DNA of 64,000 nt from the human T2T-CHM13v2.0 reference genome, Homo sapiens. Shown piece by piece: positions 49,380 to 64,000 of the stretch. The position numbers were made by a program, and so were the translations under genes. The DNA lies in NCBI RefSeq assembly GCF_009914755.1, contig NC_060927.1; one strand, given 5' to 3'. Each line of letters starts with the position of its first letter. Within the stretch, counting starts at the first letter, position 1. The notes beneath the pieces are model-generated. The model was given only the letters and a program-made list of their open reading frames with translations, was not told where the DNA came from and ran no database searches.

Positions 49380-50125
49380 TTTTAACACTTGACAAAATGT
49401 AAAAATGTAAGACTTGCAGGCAACCACAAGTGCCAGTGCTCCAGCTCCCACCTCCCACCCCAGCCAGCCTTTCTCCCAGTCATCCCCATCTCAGGAAGCA
49501 GTGCCACCACCAGCCAGCATCTCAGACCATGGAACTTCGGCCATCTCTGCGGATGCCTGCTCCCCCGGCCCAGCCCCTCTACCTGTCACACACGCACTGC
49601 TCCTGCCTCCCTCCTCAAGGCTGTGCCCCTGCCTGCACTGAGACGGCACCCCAGACCATCCCACTCTTGTCTCAAGGCAGCCCAAGCAGGGTTTTAAACG
49701 GGGGGCTGTAGTATGCCACTCCAAGGTCCCTACCATGCTGGGGACTACAGTTCACCCCTTCTTGTCTCTCATCCTTGTCCCCTGCTGCCCCGCAATCCAA
49801 CCTTGGTTCTGCTCCAGCCACCAGCTCCCTCCACCCAGGCTTGCCTGCCCTGCCTGAGCTTTGCTGGCAACTCCTTTCTGCCACTCAGTCCTCAGCCTGT
49901 CTCCTCCTCATCCCTCTATTTCCTCCTCCCCCGTCACCATCCCATCCCTCTATTTCAATTGCTGCACTCCTCGCATTACCATCTGGTTTATTCATTGTTT
50001 GCAGATTTTTTTTCTGTCTTAAATGTTCTATCCTACCTGGTATGTGGTCTCCAGAGAGCAGGGCCATGACTAGACCCCAGGACCTATGACAGTGCCTGGC
50101 ACTGAGTTGGTGCTCCATGAATACC
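49380..50125 (+). mobile_element. L2 3' region
   Basis: Ends in gagagcaggg...acagtgcctggcactgagttggtgctccatgaata, a typical L2 3' terminus. The 5' boundary is approximate. Confidence 0.6.
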
Positions 50126-50156
50126 GTGGAAGAGGGACCAGCTTGCAGCTTGCAGC
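50037..50156 (-). CDS. ANO10: Probable alternative ANO10 3' exon encoding AASCKLVPLPRYSWSTNSVPGTVIGPGV* (coding 50070-50156)
   Basis: Minus-strand acceptor tttctctggctgctactgcag|GCT, stop TAG at 50070-50072 and donor CAG|gtagga at 50037/50036. The peptide agrees with my unverified recollection of a shorter ANO10 isoform C-terminus. Confidence 0.6.
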
Positions 50157-52146
50157 CTGCAGTAGCAGCCAGAGAAATTCTAATTTAGCCAGTAACCTCA
50201 GTGTAATTCCGATGAACTTGTGAAGCCTCTTTTTTTCATGCGTATGAAAGAGAAAAGCCTCTTTTCTCATGTAACACATATTCAAGTTCTTGAAGTCAGC
50301 ATCACTCTCTGGCCCACAAATTGGCCAATCCCATGTATGGGATCACAGAAAACACACCAGTAGGATGGGCTTTATGTCAGAAGCACCGGGTTTCAGGGTT
50401 CCCAGCAGCTACCTGCCCTGGTAACAATGCAGATTTGGGTCCCAGCCTAAGGTTTTGACTCAGAAGCTGGGTGAGGGGTGGGTGGCAGAAATCATGGCTA
50501 GCAAGCTCAAGCTGGGTGAGGGTCAGGGGTGGAGTGACGGGCGAGTGTGACAGAAATCATGATTAGCAAGCTCAGATGTGGCTCTGGTGAAGCGGAAGGT
50601 GGTCTGCAGTTACAGCTGTGTGGGAGGAGCACGGTGCCAAATTATCAGCTTGGTCCCAGCTAGAAACAAAGACTCCGCCAAGAAAATCAAATCCCCATTC
50701 CAGAAAGGCTCCCGCTCACACAACAGGAGACATGTGAGGGAGTCTATGACACAGGCCATTAACTGCATGAGCTAACCGTGGGGTGGGTGGATGTCAGTTC
50801 AAAAGGGGAAACAAAGGTGTAATGTCTGTTTCTCAAATGATCTTTTGAGCCCTGCTTTCTCTGCACATCTGGGTTTCAGAGCAAAATTTCCCAAAACAGA
50901 AGTTAAAGGACTTTGAAAGGAGATATTTTGAGACTGCAAATTACTTCCCATGGAGAGTGAGGTGCCTATAGAAGCCAGAGGCTGGCTTTCCAGCCATCCC
51001 CAGGCACACACTCATTCTGACCGCTTCTGGAACAGGAAGCTAGTCATGTCTGATTAACTACAGCCACCTCCCAAATCTGGGAGTTGGAATCCTCACATAC
51101 CAACCAACGCTACAGGCCATGAGGTTCCACAGGTGGCCAGAAAGAGCTGGATGCTAACACAAAATGACCAAGCAAAACTGACCCACCTCCCTGGGTCTGG
51201 GAAATGTCGTCAGAGGCAGCAAGCCCTCATCAGGGCTGCTCATCGCCTCTGTCCTTTCATGTTCTATCAGTGGACACTGATATTTTCTCCAAGTTATGGA
51301 TACCCCAAATATACACGAAATCACCTAGTAACTAAACCAAGAGATCCTTCTGCAGAACCCCCAGGCTTCAGCATGGAGTGGACGCACCCATCTAGATGGT
51401 TCCTCCAGGCTGTGGGGCTCAGGTCCATGGGTCTGGGCATCAGTCCTATGCTTCCTAGGGTTCCCTGTGCCAGGTTCATGCCAATCTTGGCTACTTAACT
51501 CCCCATTTCCTGCATTTCTAATTGCTCTTGTACAGCAAAACCTCTTTTTAACCTCCTTTGTTGATATAACTTTTAATGTCTGTTATATTACCTGTGTGTA
51601 ATTTAAATTCATAGTGCCCAACACTTACATCACATTGCACGCCAGGCACTGTTCTAAACACTATGCACATTTGATTTACTCCTCATAACCACCCTATGAG
51701 AGACATACCATTATGATTTTAAAGAAAAAACAGAGGCACATAAAGGTTGAGAAACTTGCACCAGGTTATAGCAGGTTTGAGCCCAGGCCGTCTGGCTCCA
51801 GAGCTGGCTCCTAACCTACAGGCTGCCCGGCCCCTACCCTGATGTTGGATCTAGACGTTTCATTTTTGTACTATAATAATATCACCCAACTATCCACTGG
51901 GGTCACCTGTGCTTTGAGATTCAGATTCAACTGGATCACACTTCTAATCCATGAGATCTTGCGAGTATCTCTGAATTATTGGTGTGGATCCAATTTTGTC
52001 TTGTCACACCTGGCTCAGATTTTCTGCTTCTGCTAAATCTCTGAAACCATGGCAGCCTGGCTCCAGATACACCAGGTTAACCCTATCTTGATCTGTATGC
52101 ACACATTTTAGCAAGATATTAAAGAGTGCTTAAAACTTTAAGAACT

Positions 52147-52812
<666 letters not shown>

Positions 52813-52907
52813 TTAAAGAAAGGCTTCCAAAGGGAACAAGAATAAGAAAATGTGGAAACCACAGTGAGACAGTTGGCAAAATCACAAACGCTAGAGCAGC
52901 TGAAACT

Positions 52908-53384
52908 CAGATGCGGAGACACTTCCTTTAAACACAAATGATTTAGACCAGGTCTCCTACTCTCCTAGCTAAAAGAGGCAGGTGAATCCTTGAAGTCACA
53001 ACTTCCTCAGAATCCTCAGGCAGGACTCCCTGGACTCCAGAGTCAGAGAGAGCAACAGGACAGTTTATTCCCCCCTTGTCCATGGCAAGCCACAGGAGCC
53101 TGGGGGAGAAGGTGTCTTCCTAGAACAGAAGCTCCTTGGGGGATGTATTTAATGCCATATAATATTTTTTGTTTGTTCATTTTTGTTTGTTTTTACAACT
53201 TTGTCACATTCAATATTTTTAATAAGTAAAAAACAGGCATGTGCTTTAAATATTATCCAACTTATTACCAACTGCACCCCATTAAAAGGTGTGACCTGGA
53301 GGAAAGAGAATGGAAGGAGCCCCTTGGTGGTTCATTGCTGTGTGTGCCCCAGATGTGTTCTGATGGCCTCTTGTCACCAACTGG
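52908..53384. repeat. Inverted repeat, left arm (uninterrupted)
   Basis: Its reverse complement matches 63224-63539 (outer part) and 56470-56639 (inner part). Confidence 0.95.
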
Positions 53385-54398
53385 CTGGTGATGGAGAGCT
53401 GCTGAAGAGCACCTCCAACAAAGAGCATGGCAAGAACCAGAAACCTCGATCTGCAAGGGACTGCAGTTTACTAAACACATAAAAGGGAGCAGAAACATTA
53501 ATAAATTATTCAGGAACAAGAAAGGTTAAAATAAGCCATATCTCCTCCACTGGATGAAGAGAAAAAGCTAGTAACAGATGTTGCTTAAAAGGCTGAATTG
53601 AATGGACGGTTTTTTGAAACATCCTGATATGAGCATGGAGAACAGTGGGCTGGGGGTGTCCTGGGGACATCAACCAAGGGGACTAGAGCAGTGGCCTGAG
53701 GCTGAGACAGGGGCAGTATTTTGACACTTGTAAAGTAGAGGTATAATTATAAATAAAAAGAATCAAAGTCCCTAACATCAAAAGCAAACTATGACTAATC
53801 TTAAAGAAGTAATATAATTATATACGAAAGCTACAATTACTTCTGGAATGACCATCAACTATGTGTGTTATGGCAACATAGGTAAGAGGGCAACAAAGTG
53901 AGGAAGACATGGGAATGATGTTCCCAGATGGGAGGACCAAAAAGACAATGAAGGTGACACCAATTCTGAGAAAGGGGGAAATTTTCATATTTTTGCAAAT
54001 AATAATGTAAAAATAACATGTAATCAGTTTGCCTCCAAATCACAGGGCAAAGAATGAAGTTTCTTTTTAAAATGACTTTGGCATGGCTCCTTTCTAGTTT
54101 CACTGTAACTAGATCTACAGGTGTGATGTTATTTTGCAAACAGAAATGCGAAGAGGAGATCTTCCACCCAGGTTCTGCTGTAATATGGCAGTGAGCTGTT
54201 TCAGATGCCAGCGAGGTCTACAATCTTCTTGTGTATTATCCTCAGCCCCATGATACTGACACATTCAGTGATGTTACTAGGACATTGTCCCAATTGTTCA
54301 GGTCATCTAGATGACCAAGAGCATCTGGTCTGGAGGAGACATTTCCTGGACAAGACTTACATAGCATGACTTCTTTTTTAAAACAATATTTAAATTAC

Positions 54399-54693
54399 TT
54401 TTTTTTTGAGACAGGGTTTCACTCTGTCACCTAGGCTGGAGTGGAGTGCAGTGGCACAATCACAGCTCACTGCAGCCTGGACCTTCCGGGATCAGGTGAT
54501 CCTCCCACCTCAGCCTTCTGAGTAGCTGGGAGGCTGGAGTGTGCCACTACACCCAGCTAATTTTTTGCATATTTTGTAGAGATGGGGTTTCACCATGTTG
54601 CCCAGGCTTGTCTTGAACTCCTGGTTCAAGTGATCTGCCTGCCTCGGCCTTCCAAAGCACTGGGATTACAGGTGTGAGCCCCCGCACAGGGCC
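54399..54693 (-). mobile_element. AluJ
   Basis: Reverse dimer with AluJ-type divergence. Confidence 0.9.
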
Positions 54694-56469
54694 CACAGCA
54701 TCACTTCTTCAGGAAGGCTCTCCCTCCTCCTTGCCTGGGAGGAAGGGTGCCAAGTCCTTCAGGAATAACTACTTTCTGGTCTGGAAGCCCTTGGAGCCAA
54801 GGAGGGCGGCAGCATTGTTCTTTCACAAGCCAGAGAACCCCCTATGTTGTCATACAGGTCACCTGGGGCCCTTGGGAGATAAGACCCAGAGAGGTCTGTG
54901 ACCATCCAAGGCCAAGATGACCATCTAGCCAGCCCTCATCTTTGATCTGAGGTTCCATGTTGATAGCTAGAGAGCCAGGGCTCAGGTTCAGGCCAGAAGA
55001 GGAGGCGTGGCCAGGCCAGTGGACACCAAGCACAAGTGGCTGTTCCAAAGAAACCCCCGCAGGCTCCTTCAGTGAAAGCCATGGCTAGGTGACATTTACA
55101 GATCCAGGAATTGAAGCCTTGACAGTTTGGTTAGATCAAGGAATGACACAAAAGTTTAAAAGCCCAAAGAATAGGAATAAACACTCTAGAAATCAAAGAG
55201 TCTCTAAAAGGACCCTGAACTGGGGTGGCACAGTGGTGGCCATCTGAGAAAAGATGCCTTGGTGATCAGAGGTAATCCAGTGTCCAGCCTCCCACTGCAG
55301 TCCCGACTCATGGAGTATGAGGGGACACAATTTCACTGTCGCATGAGAAAGAAACTCAGTTTAGAAAGTTAAAGGATGAAGTAAGAGCCTACTAAATGAA
55401 ATGCAGGAGACAGTCCACTGCCCACATCAGTTTCAACACAACTTAGTAAATATTACTCTTAACTATAAAGGGAGAACAACCTTTAATCTAAGAAAACACT
55501 GCCAGTGGCCACAAGGAAAGTGAAAGTGGGATGAGTAGGAGCAGCTGCCAAAGGGTGAGCTCCTTCTCTGCCCAGAAAAGCTCTGCACCCACTTTCTGCA
55601 CACCTAGGAAGGTAAAGGAGGCACCCAGGCATCAAAGGACCCCTGGTGGTGGCAGAGGGGATTGGTTCCATTCTTAAGAAACACTAAGGCCATCACCAAG
55701 GTGAAAACAGATCCTTATGAAATGCAGCCACAACTGCAGACCGCAGAGAAAGTATAAATGTTTCCCATCACCTTTACAATCTTTCCCAGGGCAGTTTTCC
55801 CCACATCTGAACACTGTATGGCCCTTTGATAAATGCAAATATCTATATCTTCTATAATGTCATTTAAAATTTCAATATTACTATTATGAGTAAAACAAAA
55901 TTGATAATTACAACATTATGATTTTTAAAACTCTATATCCCCTCACTGTACAAGAGATTACCATGTACCCTTCCCCCCAGAGCAGGGCCCTGTTCCTGGC
56001 CAGTTGAGAAGGGCTACCCCTGGGTGATGACGGCTGTGAGTCATCAGAATTGCAGGCACTAGGCACCCCTTCTATAGAGCCTGGGTAAAGCTGGAGCCAG
56101 GGATGGTTGACTTGACTATGCTTGATTTTTGTGTAGGAACAACACAGTAAGTGTTAGGCAGGGATTCTAGCCTTTATTCACTTGACATCATTTTCCCTCA
56201 GAAAAGTTAATTTTTACTCATTCCCACCTAGAAACCTCAACAAGCAGGATTAATTACTGCTTCTTCCCAACACCTTTCATTTCACTTTAATTTTCCATTA
56301 CCTATATCCCTTCCTGAGTGGCAGTCCCTGTAACCAATACTGATCACTAAATACAGGTTGATGAAAACATCATTGAACATTCCTCACTGCTATGCTACAG
56401 GATCCTGAGCACACACGGCAGCCAGTCAATATTTTCGCAAATCTAGAACTCAAGTGACACAATGCTGTC

Positions 56470-56639
56470 CCAGTTGGTGACAAAAGGCCATCAAAACACA
56501 TCTTGGGATACATACAGCACTGAACTACCAACAGACTGTCTTTCTTTTTCCTCCAGGTTACATATTTTAATCGGGTACTGTTAGTAATTAATTGGATAAT
56601 ATTTAAAGCATATGTCTTTTATTAAAAATATTGAATGTG
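56470..56639. repeat. Inverted repeat, right arm inner part (5' of L1)
   Basis: Reverse complement of 53205-53384, ~80% identity by eye (shared blocks tgctttaaatattatccaa and ttgtcaccaactgg). Confidence 0.9.
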
Positions 56640-58160
56640 CTTTTGCAATTGGAGAACTTAGAAGAAGTGAGGAGTGAGCCCTGAACCTGAAAATGGCAAA
56701 TAGAAGGAAGGACTAACTTGCAGCTTCCACTCAGGCAAACAGAGCAGTGTGTGGGGGCCCACATCGTGAACTTTTGCTCCAAGAACTACTGCAGGAACAT
56801 ACCAGGAAAGCCAAGAGAATCCACAGACCCTTTAAAGGAGATGGACTGCCTCCAGGCTCTGTGGGACAGCCAGGAACTGTGAGTCTGCTTGCTTTCTCAG
56901 CTGGGAGGCATGTAGCCTAGAGAAAGTTCTCAGCCCTGGAAATAAACTCAGCGCTGTTGTGGGGGCACGGTGGGAGGGAGACTGGCCTTTTGGGCTGTGG
57001 GCTGCATAGGAGCTGGGTGAGGGCTGTGGCTGCCAGCTTTCCCCAACTTCCCTGATGACCTGTGTGATACAGCAGAGGCAAGGTTGTTTAACACCCCCAA
57101 AAGATCACACTAGCTCACCAGCAATGGATCCAAACCAAGATCAAATCTCTGAATTGCCAGAAAAAGAATTCAGAAGGTTGACTATTAAGCCAATCAAGGA
57201 GGCACCAGAGAAAGGCGAAGTCCAACTTAAATAAATAAAAAACAAAATGATGCAGGATATGAATGGAAAAATCTCCAGTGAAATAGATAGCATAAATAAA
57301 AAACCATCACAACTTCTGGAAATTAAGGATGCACTTAGAGAACTGCAAAATGCACTGGAAGTCTCAGCAACAGAATCGAACCAACAGAAGACAGAATTTC
57401 AGAGCTCAAAGACAAGGCTTTCAAATTAACCCCATCTGACAAAGAAAAAGAATTTAAAAAAATTAACAAAGCCTCCGAGAAGTTTGGGATTATGTTAAAC
57501 AACCAAACCTAAGAATAATTGGTGTTCTCAAGGAAGAAGAGAAATCTAAAAGTTTGGAAAACATATTTGAGGGAATAATTGAGGAAAACTTCTCCAGCAT
57601 TGCTAGAAATCTAACATCCAAATACAAGAAGCTCAAAGAACACCTGGGAAATACATCACAAAAAGATTATCACTTAGGGACATAGTCATCAGGCTATCTA
57701 AGGTCAAGATGAAGGAAAGAATCTTAAGAGCTGGGAGGCAAATACATCAGGTAACCTACAAAGGAACCTATCAGATTAACCTATCAGATTAACAGCAGAT
57801 TTCTCATCAGAAACCCTACAAGCTAGAAGGGATTGGGGTCCTATCTTTAGCCTCCTTAAACAAAACAATTGGCCAAGAATTTTGTGTCTACCGAAACTAA
57901 GCTTCATAAATGAAGGAAAGATACAGTCTTTTTCAGACAAACAAATGCTGAGAGAATTCGCCACTACCAAGCCAGCACTATAAAAACTGCTAAAAGGAGC
58001 TCTAAATCTTGAAACAAATCCTCAAAATACACCAAAATAGAACCTCCTTAAAGTATAAATCTCACAGGACCTATAAAACACCACCACAATGAAAAAAACA
58101 AGGCATTCAGGCAACAAATAGCATGTTGAATAGAATAGTACCTCACATCTCAATACTAAC

Positions 58161-58526
58161 TGTATTAATCCGTTCTCACGCTGCTATGAAGAAGTGCCCA
58201 AGACTGGATAATTTACAAAGAAAAGAGGTTTAATTAACTCACATTTACGCATGGCTCAGGAAACATACAATCATGGCGGAAGGGGAAGCAAATACGTCCT
58301 TCTTCACATGGTGGCAGGAGAGAGAAGCGCCGAGCAAAGGGGTACAAGCCCCTTATAAAACCATCAGATCTCATGAGAACTCACCCGCCACCATGAGAAG
58401 AACAGCATGAGGGTAACCGCCCCCATGATTAAAACAGCTCCCACTGGGCCCTCCCATGACACATGGGGATTATGGAAACTACAATTCAAGATGAGATCTG
58501 GGCCAGGACATGGTCAACCCATGTCA
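58161..58526 (-). mobile_element. THE1-type MaLR solo LTR inside the L1
   Basis: Ends tgtatta...atgtca, typical THE1 body, 5-bp TSD ctaac/ctaat. Confidence 0.9.
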
Positions 58527-59545
58527 CTAATGTTGAATGTAAATGGCCTAAATGCTTCACTTAAAAGATACAGAATGGCAGAAGGGAAAAGAATTCACCA
58601 ACCAAGTATCTGCTGCTGCCTTCAGGAGACTCACCTGACACATAAGAACTCACATAAACTTAAGGTAAAGGGGTGGAAAAAGATATTCCATGAAAATGGA
58701 CACCAAAAGCAAGCAGGAGTAGCCAGTCTTATATCAGACAAAACAAACTTTAAAACAACAACAGTTAAAAAGGACAAACAGGGACATGATATAATGATAA
58801 AAGAAATAGTCCAACCAGAAAATATCACAATCTTAAATATATATGCACCTAACACTAGAGCTCCCAAATTTATAAAACAATTACTCCTAGACCTAAGAAA
58901 TGAAATAGACAGCAACACGATAATAGTGGGGGACTTCAATACTCCACTGACAGCACTAGACAGGTCATTAAGACAGAAAGTCAACAAAGAAACAACAGAC
59001 TTAAACTATACCCTAGAACAAATGGACTTAACAGATATTTACAGAACATTCTACTCACAACTGCAGAATATACATTCTACTCATAAGCACATGGAACATT
59101 CTCCAAGATAGACCATACAACGGGCCACAAAACAAGTCTCAACAAATATAAGAAAATCGAAATTATGGCAAGTACTCTCTCAGACCACAGTGGAATAAAA
59201 CTGGAAATCAACTCCAAAAGAAACCCTTGAAACCCTGCAAATACATGGAAATTAAATAGCCTGCTCCCAAATGATCATTGGGTCAACAATGAAATCAAGA
59301 TGGAAATTAAAAAATTATTTGAACTGAATAATAGTGACACGACCTATCAAAACCTCTGGGATACAGCAAAGGCAGTGCGGATACAGCAAAGGTGGTGCTA
59401 AGAAGAACATTCATGGCATTAAATGCCTACGTCACAAAGTCTGAAAGAGCACAAATAGACAATCTAAGGTCACATCTCAAGGAGCTAGACAAACAAGAAC
59501 AAACCAAACCCAAACCCAACAGAAGAAAAGAAATAACCAAGATCA

Positions 59546-59942
<397 letters not shown>

Positions 59943-60479
59943 CTAATGGATTAAGAAGAGAGAAGATCCAAATAAGCTTAATTAGAAACGAAACGGGAGA
60001 TATTACAACCAATACCAAAGAAATACAAAAGATCATTCAGGCTACTATGAACACCTTTATGTGCATAAACTAGGAAACCTAGAGGAGACAGGTAAATTCC
60101 TGGAAATATACAACCCTCCTAGTTTAAACGAGGGAGAAATAGAAACTCTGAACAGACCAATAACAAGCAGTGAGATTGAAATGGTAATTAAAATGTTACC
60201 AACAAAAAAAAGAATCCAGGACTAGATGGATTCACAGCTGAATTCTATCAGACATTCAAAGAACTGGTAACAATCCTATTGACATTATTCCAAAAGATAG
60301 AGAAGGAGGGAATCCTCCCTAAATCATTCTATGAAGCCAGTATCATCCTAAGACCAAAACCAGGAAAGGACATAAAAAAAGAAAACTACAGACCAATATC
60401 CCTGATGAACATAGATGCAAAAATCCTCAACAAAATAGTAGCTAACGGAATACAACAGCATATCAAAAAGATAATCCAT

Positions 60480-60783
60480 GGCCGGGTGCGGTGGCTCATG
60501 TCTGTAATCCCAGCACTTTGGGAGGCCAAGGCGGGCAGATCACGAGGTCAGGAGATCCAGACCATCCTGGCTAACATGGTGAAACACTGTCTCTACTAAA
60601 AATACAAAAAAATTAGCTGGGCGTGGTGGCAGGTGCCTGTAGTCCCAGCTACTTAGGAGGCTGACACAGGAGAATGGCGTGAACATGGGAGGCAGAGCTT
60701 GCAGTGAGCCGAGACTGTGCCACTGCACTCCAGCCTGGGCAACAGAGCGAGACTCTGTCTCAAAAAAAAAAAAAAAAAAAAAA
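60480..60783 (+). mobile_element. Alu (AluY/Sc-like) inside L1 ORF2
   Basis: Full dimer with A tail; TSD aaaaagataatcca/aaaaagatactcca. Confidence 0.92.
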
Positions 60784-60805
60784 GATACTCCACCATGATC
60801 AAGTG

Positions 60806-60984
60806 GGTTCCATACCAGGGATGCAGGGATGGTTTAACATCTGCAAGTCAATAAATGTGATATACCACATAAACCAAATAAAAAACAAAAATCCCTGGTT
60901 TCATACCTGGGATGCAGGGATGATTTAACATTCACAAGTCAATAAATGTGATACACCACATAAACAGAATTAAAAACAAAAATC
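60806..60984 (+). repeat. 91-bp-period tandem duplication in L1 ORF2
   Basis: ggttccataccagggatgcaggga...aaacaaaaatc at 60806 recurs, diverged, at 60897. Confidence 0.9.
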
Positions 60985-63223
60985 ACATGATCATCTCAGT
61001 AGATGCAGAAAAAACATTTGACAAAATCCAGCGTCACTTTATTATTAAAACCCTCAGCAAAATCAGCATAGAAGGGACATACCCTAAGGTAATAAAAGCC
61101 ATCCATGACAAACCACAGCCAACATTTTACTGAAAAGGGAAAAGTTGAAGGCATTACCCCTGGAACAAGACAAGGATGCCCACTTTCACTATTTCTATTC
61201 AGCATAGTACTGGAAGTCCTAGCCAGAGCAATCAGACAAGAGAAAGAAAGAAAGGGCATCCAAATCGGTAAAGAGGAAATCAAACTGCTGCTGTTTGCTG
61301 ATGACACGATCATATACCTAAAAAACCCTAAAGACTCATCCAAAAAGTTCCTAGAACTGGTACATGAATTCGGCAAAGTTTCCAGATACAAAATTAATGT
61401 ACACAAATCAGTAGCCCTGCTATATACCAACAGCGACCAAGCTGAGAATCAAATCAAGAACTCAACTTCTTTTAAAATAGCTTCAAAAAAAAAAAGAAAA
61501 GTAAAATACTTAGGAATATACCTAACCAAGGAGGTGAAAGACCTCTACAAGGAAAACTACAAAACACTGCTGAAAGAAATCACAGATGACACAAACAAAT
61601 GGAAACACATCCCATGCTCATGGATGGGTAGAATCAATATTGTGAAAATGACCATACCACCAAAAGCAATCTACAAATTCAATGCAATTTCCATCAAAAT
61701 AGTACCATCATTCTTCACAGAACTACAAAAAACAATCCTAAAATTCATATGGAATGAAAAAAGAGCCTGCATAGCCAAAGCAAGACTAAGCAAAAAGAAC
61801 AAATCTTGAGGCATACATTACCCGACTTCAAACTATAAGGCCATCGTCACCAAAACAGCATGGTACTGGCATAAAAACAAGCATATAGACCAATCAAATA
61901 GAACACAGAATCCAGAAATAAAGCCAAATACTTACAGTCAACTGATTTTCGACAAAGCAAACAAAAACAAAGTGGGGAAGGACACCTTATTCAACAAATG
62001 GTGGTCGGATAATTGGTTAGCCACATGTAGAAGAATGAGACTGGATCTTCATCTCTCACTTTATACAAAAATCAACTCAAGATTAATCAAAGACTTAAAT
62101 CTAAGACCTGAAACCATAAAGATTCTAGAAGATAACATCAGAAAAACCCTTCTAGACACTAGCTTAGGCAAAGACTTCATGACCAAGAACCCAAAAGCAA
62201 ATGCAACAAAAATAAAGATAAATAGATGGGACTTAATTAAACTAAAAAGCTTCTGCACAGCAAAAGAAACAATCAGCAGAGTTAACAGACAACCCACAGA
62301 GTGGGAGAAAATCTTCATAATCTATATATACAACCAACAAAGGACTAATATCCAGAATCTACAAAGAATTCAAATCAGCAAGAAAAAAAACAATCCCATC
62401 AAAAAGTAGGCTAAGGACATGAACAGACAATTCTCAAAATAAGATGTACAAATGGACAACAAGCATATGAAAAAATGCTCAACATCATTAATGATCAGGG
62501 AAATGCAAACCAAAACCACAATGCAATATCTCCTACAAGAATGGCCATAATCAAAAAATAAAAAGTAATAAATGTTGGCATGAATACAGTGAAAAGGGAA
62601 TACTTTTACACTGTTGGTGGGAATGTAAACTAGTACAACCACTATAGAAAACAGTGTGGAGATTCCTTAAATAACTAAAAATAGATCCACCCCAATCCAG
62701 CAATCCCACTACTAGGTATCTCCCCAGAGGAAAAGAAATTATTATACGAAAAAGATACTTGTAAATGCATGTTTATAGCAGCACAATTTGCAACTGCATA
62801 AATATGGAACCAGCCCAAATGCCCATCAACCAACGAGTGGATAAAGAAAATGTGGTGTATATACCATGGAATACTACTCAGCCATAAAAAGAAACGAAAT
62901 AATGGCATCCGCAGCGACCTGGATGGAACTGGAGACCACTGGAGACATTAAGTAAGGTAACTCAGGAATGGAAAACCAAACATTGTATGTCCTCACTCAT
63001 AACTGGGAGCTAAACTATGAGGAGGCAAAGGTGTAAGAATGACTTTGGGGACATGGGGGAAAGGATGGGGGGGAAGGATGGGAGGGGAGTGAGGGATAAA
63101 AGACTACACATTGGGTACAGTGTAGTGCTCAGGTGATGGGTGCACTAAAATCTCAGTAATTACCACTAAAGAACTTATTTATGTAACCAAACACCACCTG
63201 TCCCCCAAAAACATATTGAAATA

Positions 63224-63539
63224 AAAAAAATTAAATGTGACAAAGTTCTAAAACAAACAATACAACCAACCAAACAAAAATATTATACAACATTAAATTC
63301 ATCCCCCAAGGAGCTTCTGTTCTAGGAAGACACCCTTCTCCCCCAGGCTCCTGTGGCTTGCCATGGACAAGGGGGGAATAAACTGTCCTGTTGCTCTCTC
63401 TGACTCTGGAGTCCAGGGAGTCCTGCCTGAGGATTCTGAGGAAGTTGTGATTTCAAGGATTCACCTGCCTCTTTTTAGCTAGGAGAGTAGGAGACCTGGT
63501 TTAAATCATTTTTGTTTGAAGGAAGTGCCTCTGCTTCTG
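63224..63539. repeat. Inverted repeat, right arm outer part (3' of L1)
   Basis: Reverse complement of 52908-53220. The core 63300-63500 has only 3 differences from 52947-53145. Confidence 0.95.
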
Positions 63540-63589
63540 GCTGATGGCCACTCCTCTCTTCCTGAAAGCAATCTGAGATAAAATACTTT

Positions 63590-63733
63590 AAAAAGAAGGA
63601 AGGAAAGAAGAAAGGAGGGAGAGGAGCAAGGAAGCAAAAGAGAAAGCAAGAAGGAAGGAAGAAGGAAGGGAAATAAAGAGGAAGAAAGGAGGAAAGGGGA
63701 AGGGGAAGGGAAAGGAAAGGGAAGGAAGGAAAG
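63590..63733. repeat. GA-rich polypurine tract
   Basis: (GAAG)/(GGAAA)-type run, almost pure purine. Confidence 0.9.
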
Positions 63734-63960
63734 ACATCTTGATAACTGAGGGAGTCTTGGCTTTGCATATGGAGCCAGCAACACCTGATCTGAGAAACTT
63801 AAATGTCCCCTCAAAATAGAGAAAAAGGGGACCTCACTGTGTGCTGGGTCTCTGCAGGTGGGCTCATTCTCATGCAAAGGTTTCTCTTCCTTGGTAGGAA
63901 TTCAGGCTGCTCCATGGTGTCTGAGAAAACGGGCTTTTTGAAAGTTGTGTGTAGGTGTGT

Positions 63961-63962
<2 letters not shown>

Positions 63963-64000
<38 letters not shown>
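63963..64000. repeat. (TG)n microsatellite running off the window
   Basis: At least 18 uninterrupted TG units. Confidence 0.95.

Overview
This is human/primate genomic DNA, recognised from the encoded peptides as the convergent SNRK/ANO10 locus (chr3p22.1). The + strand carries the last four coding exons of SNRK (9494-9635, 17589-17801, 20649-20783, 24644-25862) and a ~2.6 kb 3'UTR ending near 28445. The - strand carries the short terminal coding exon of ANO10/TMEM16K (44218-44286, missed by the ORF track), its 3'UTR and PAS (~43665), and part of its last intron. The rest is Alu, L1, L2, MIR, MaLR LTR and hAT debris; almost all ORF-track entries are repeat-derived or shadow ORFs. The most notable unexplained structure is an old ~480-bp inverted repeat in the last ANO10 intron. 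Its right arm was split by an L1PB-type insertion, and a ~200-bp core (52947-53145 vs 63300-63500) differs at only 3 positions while its flanks are ~80% identical. This is the signature of recent gene conversion, recurrent inversion or a maintained long-range RNA duplex. Two candidate alternative ANO10 3' coding exons (50037-50156 in an antisense L2, and 32140-32367) and a CaaX-like SNRK C-terminus are also flagged. Identities were estimated by eye and repeat subfamily calls come from recalled consensus sequences.
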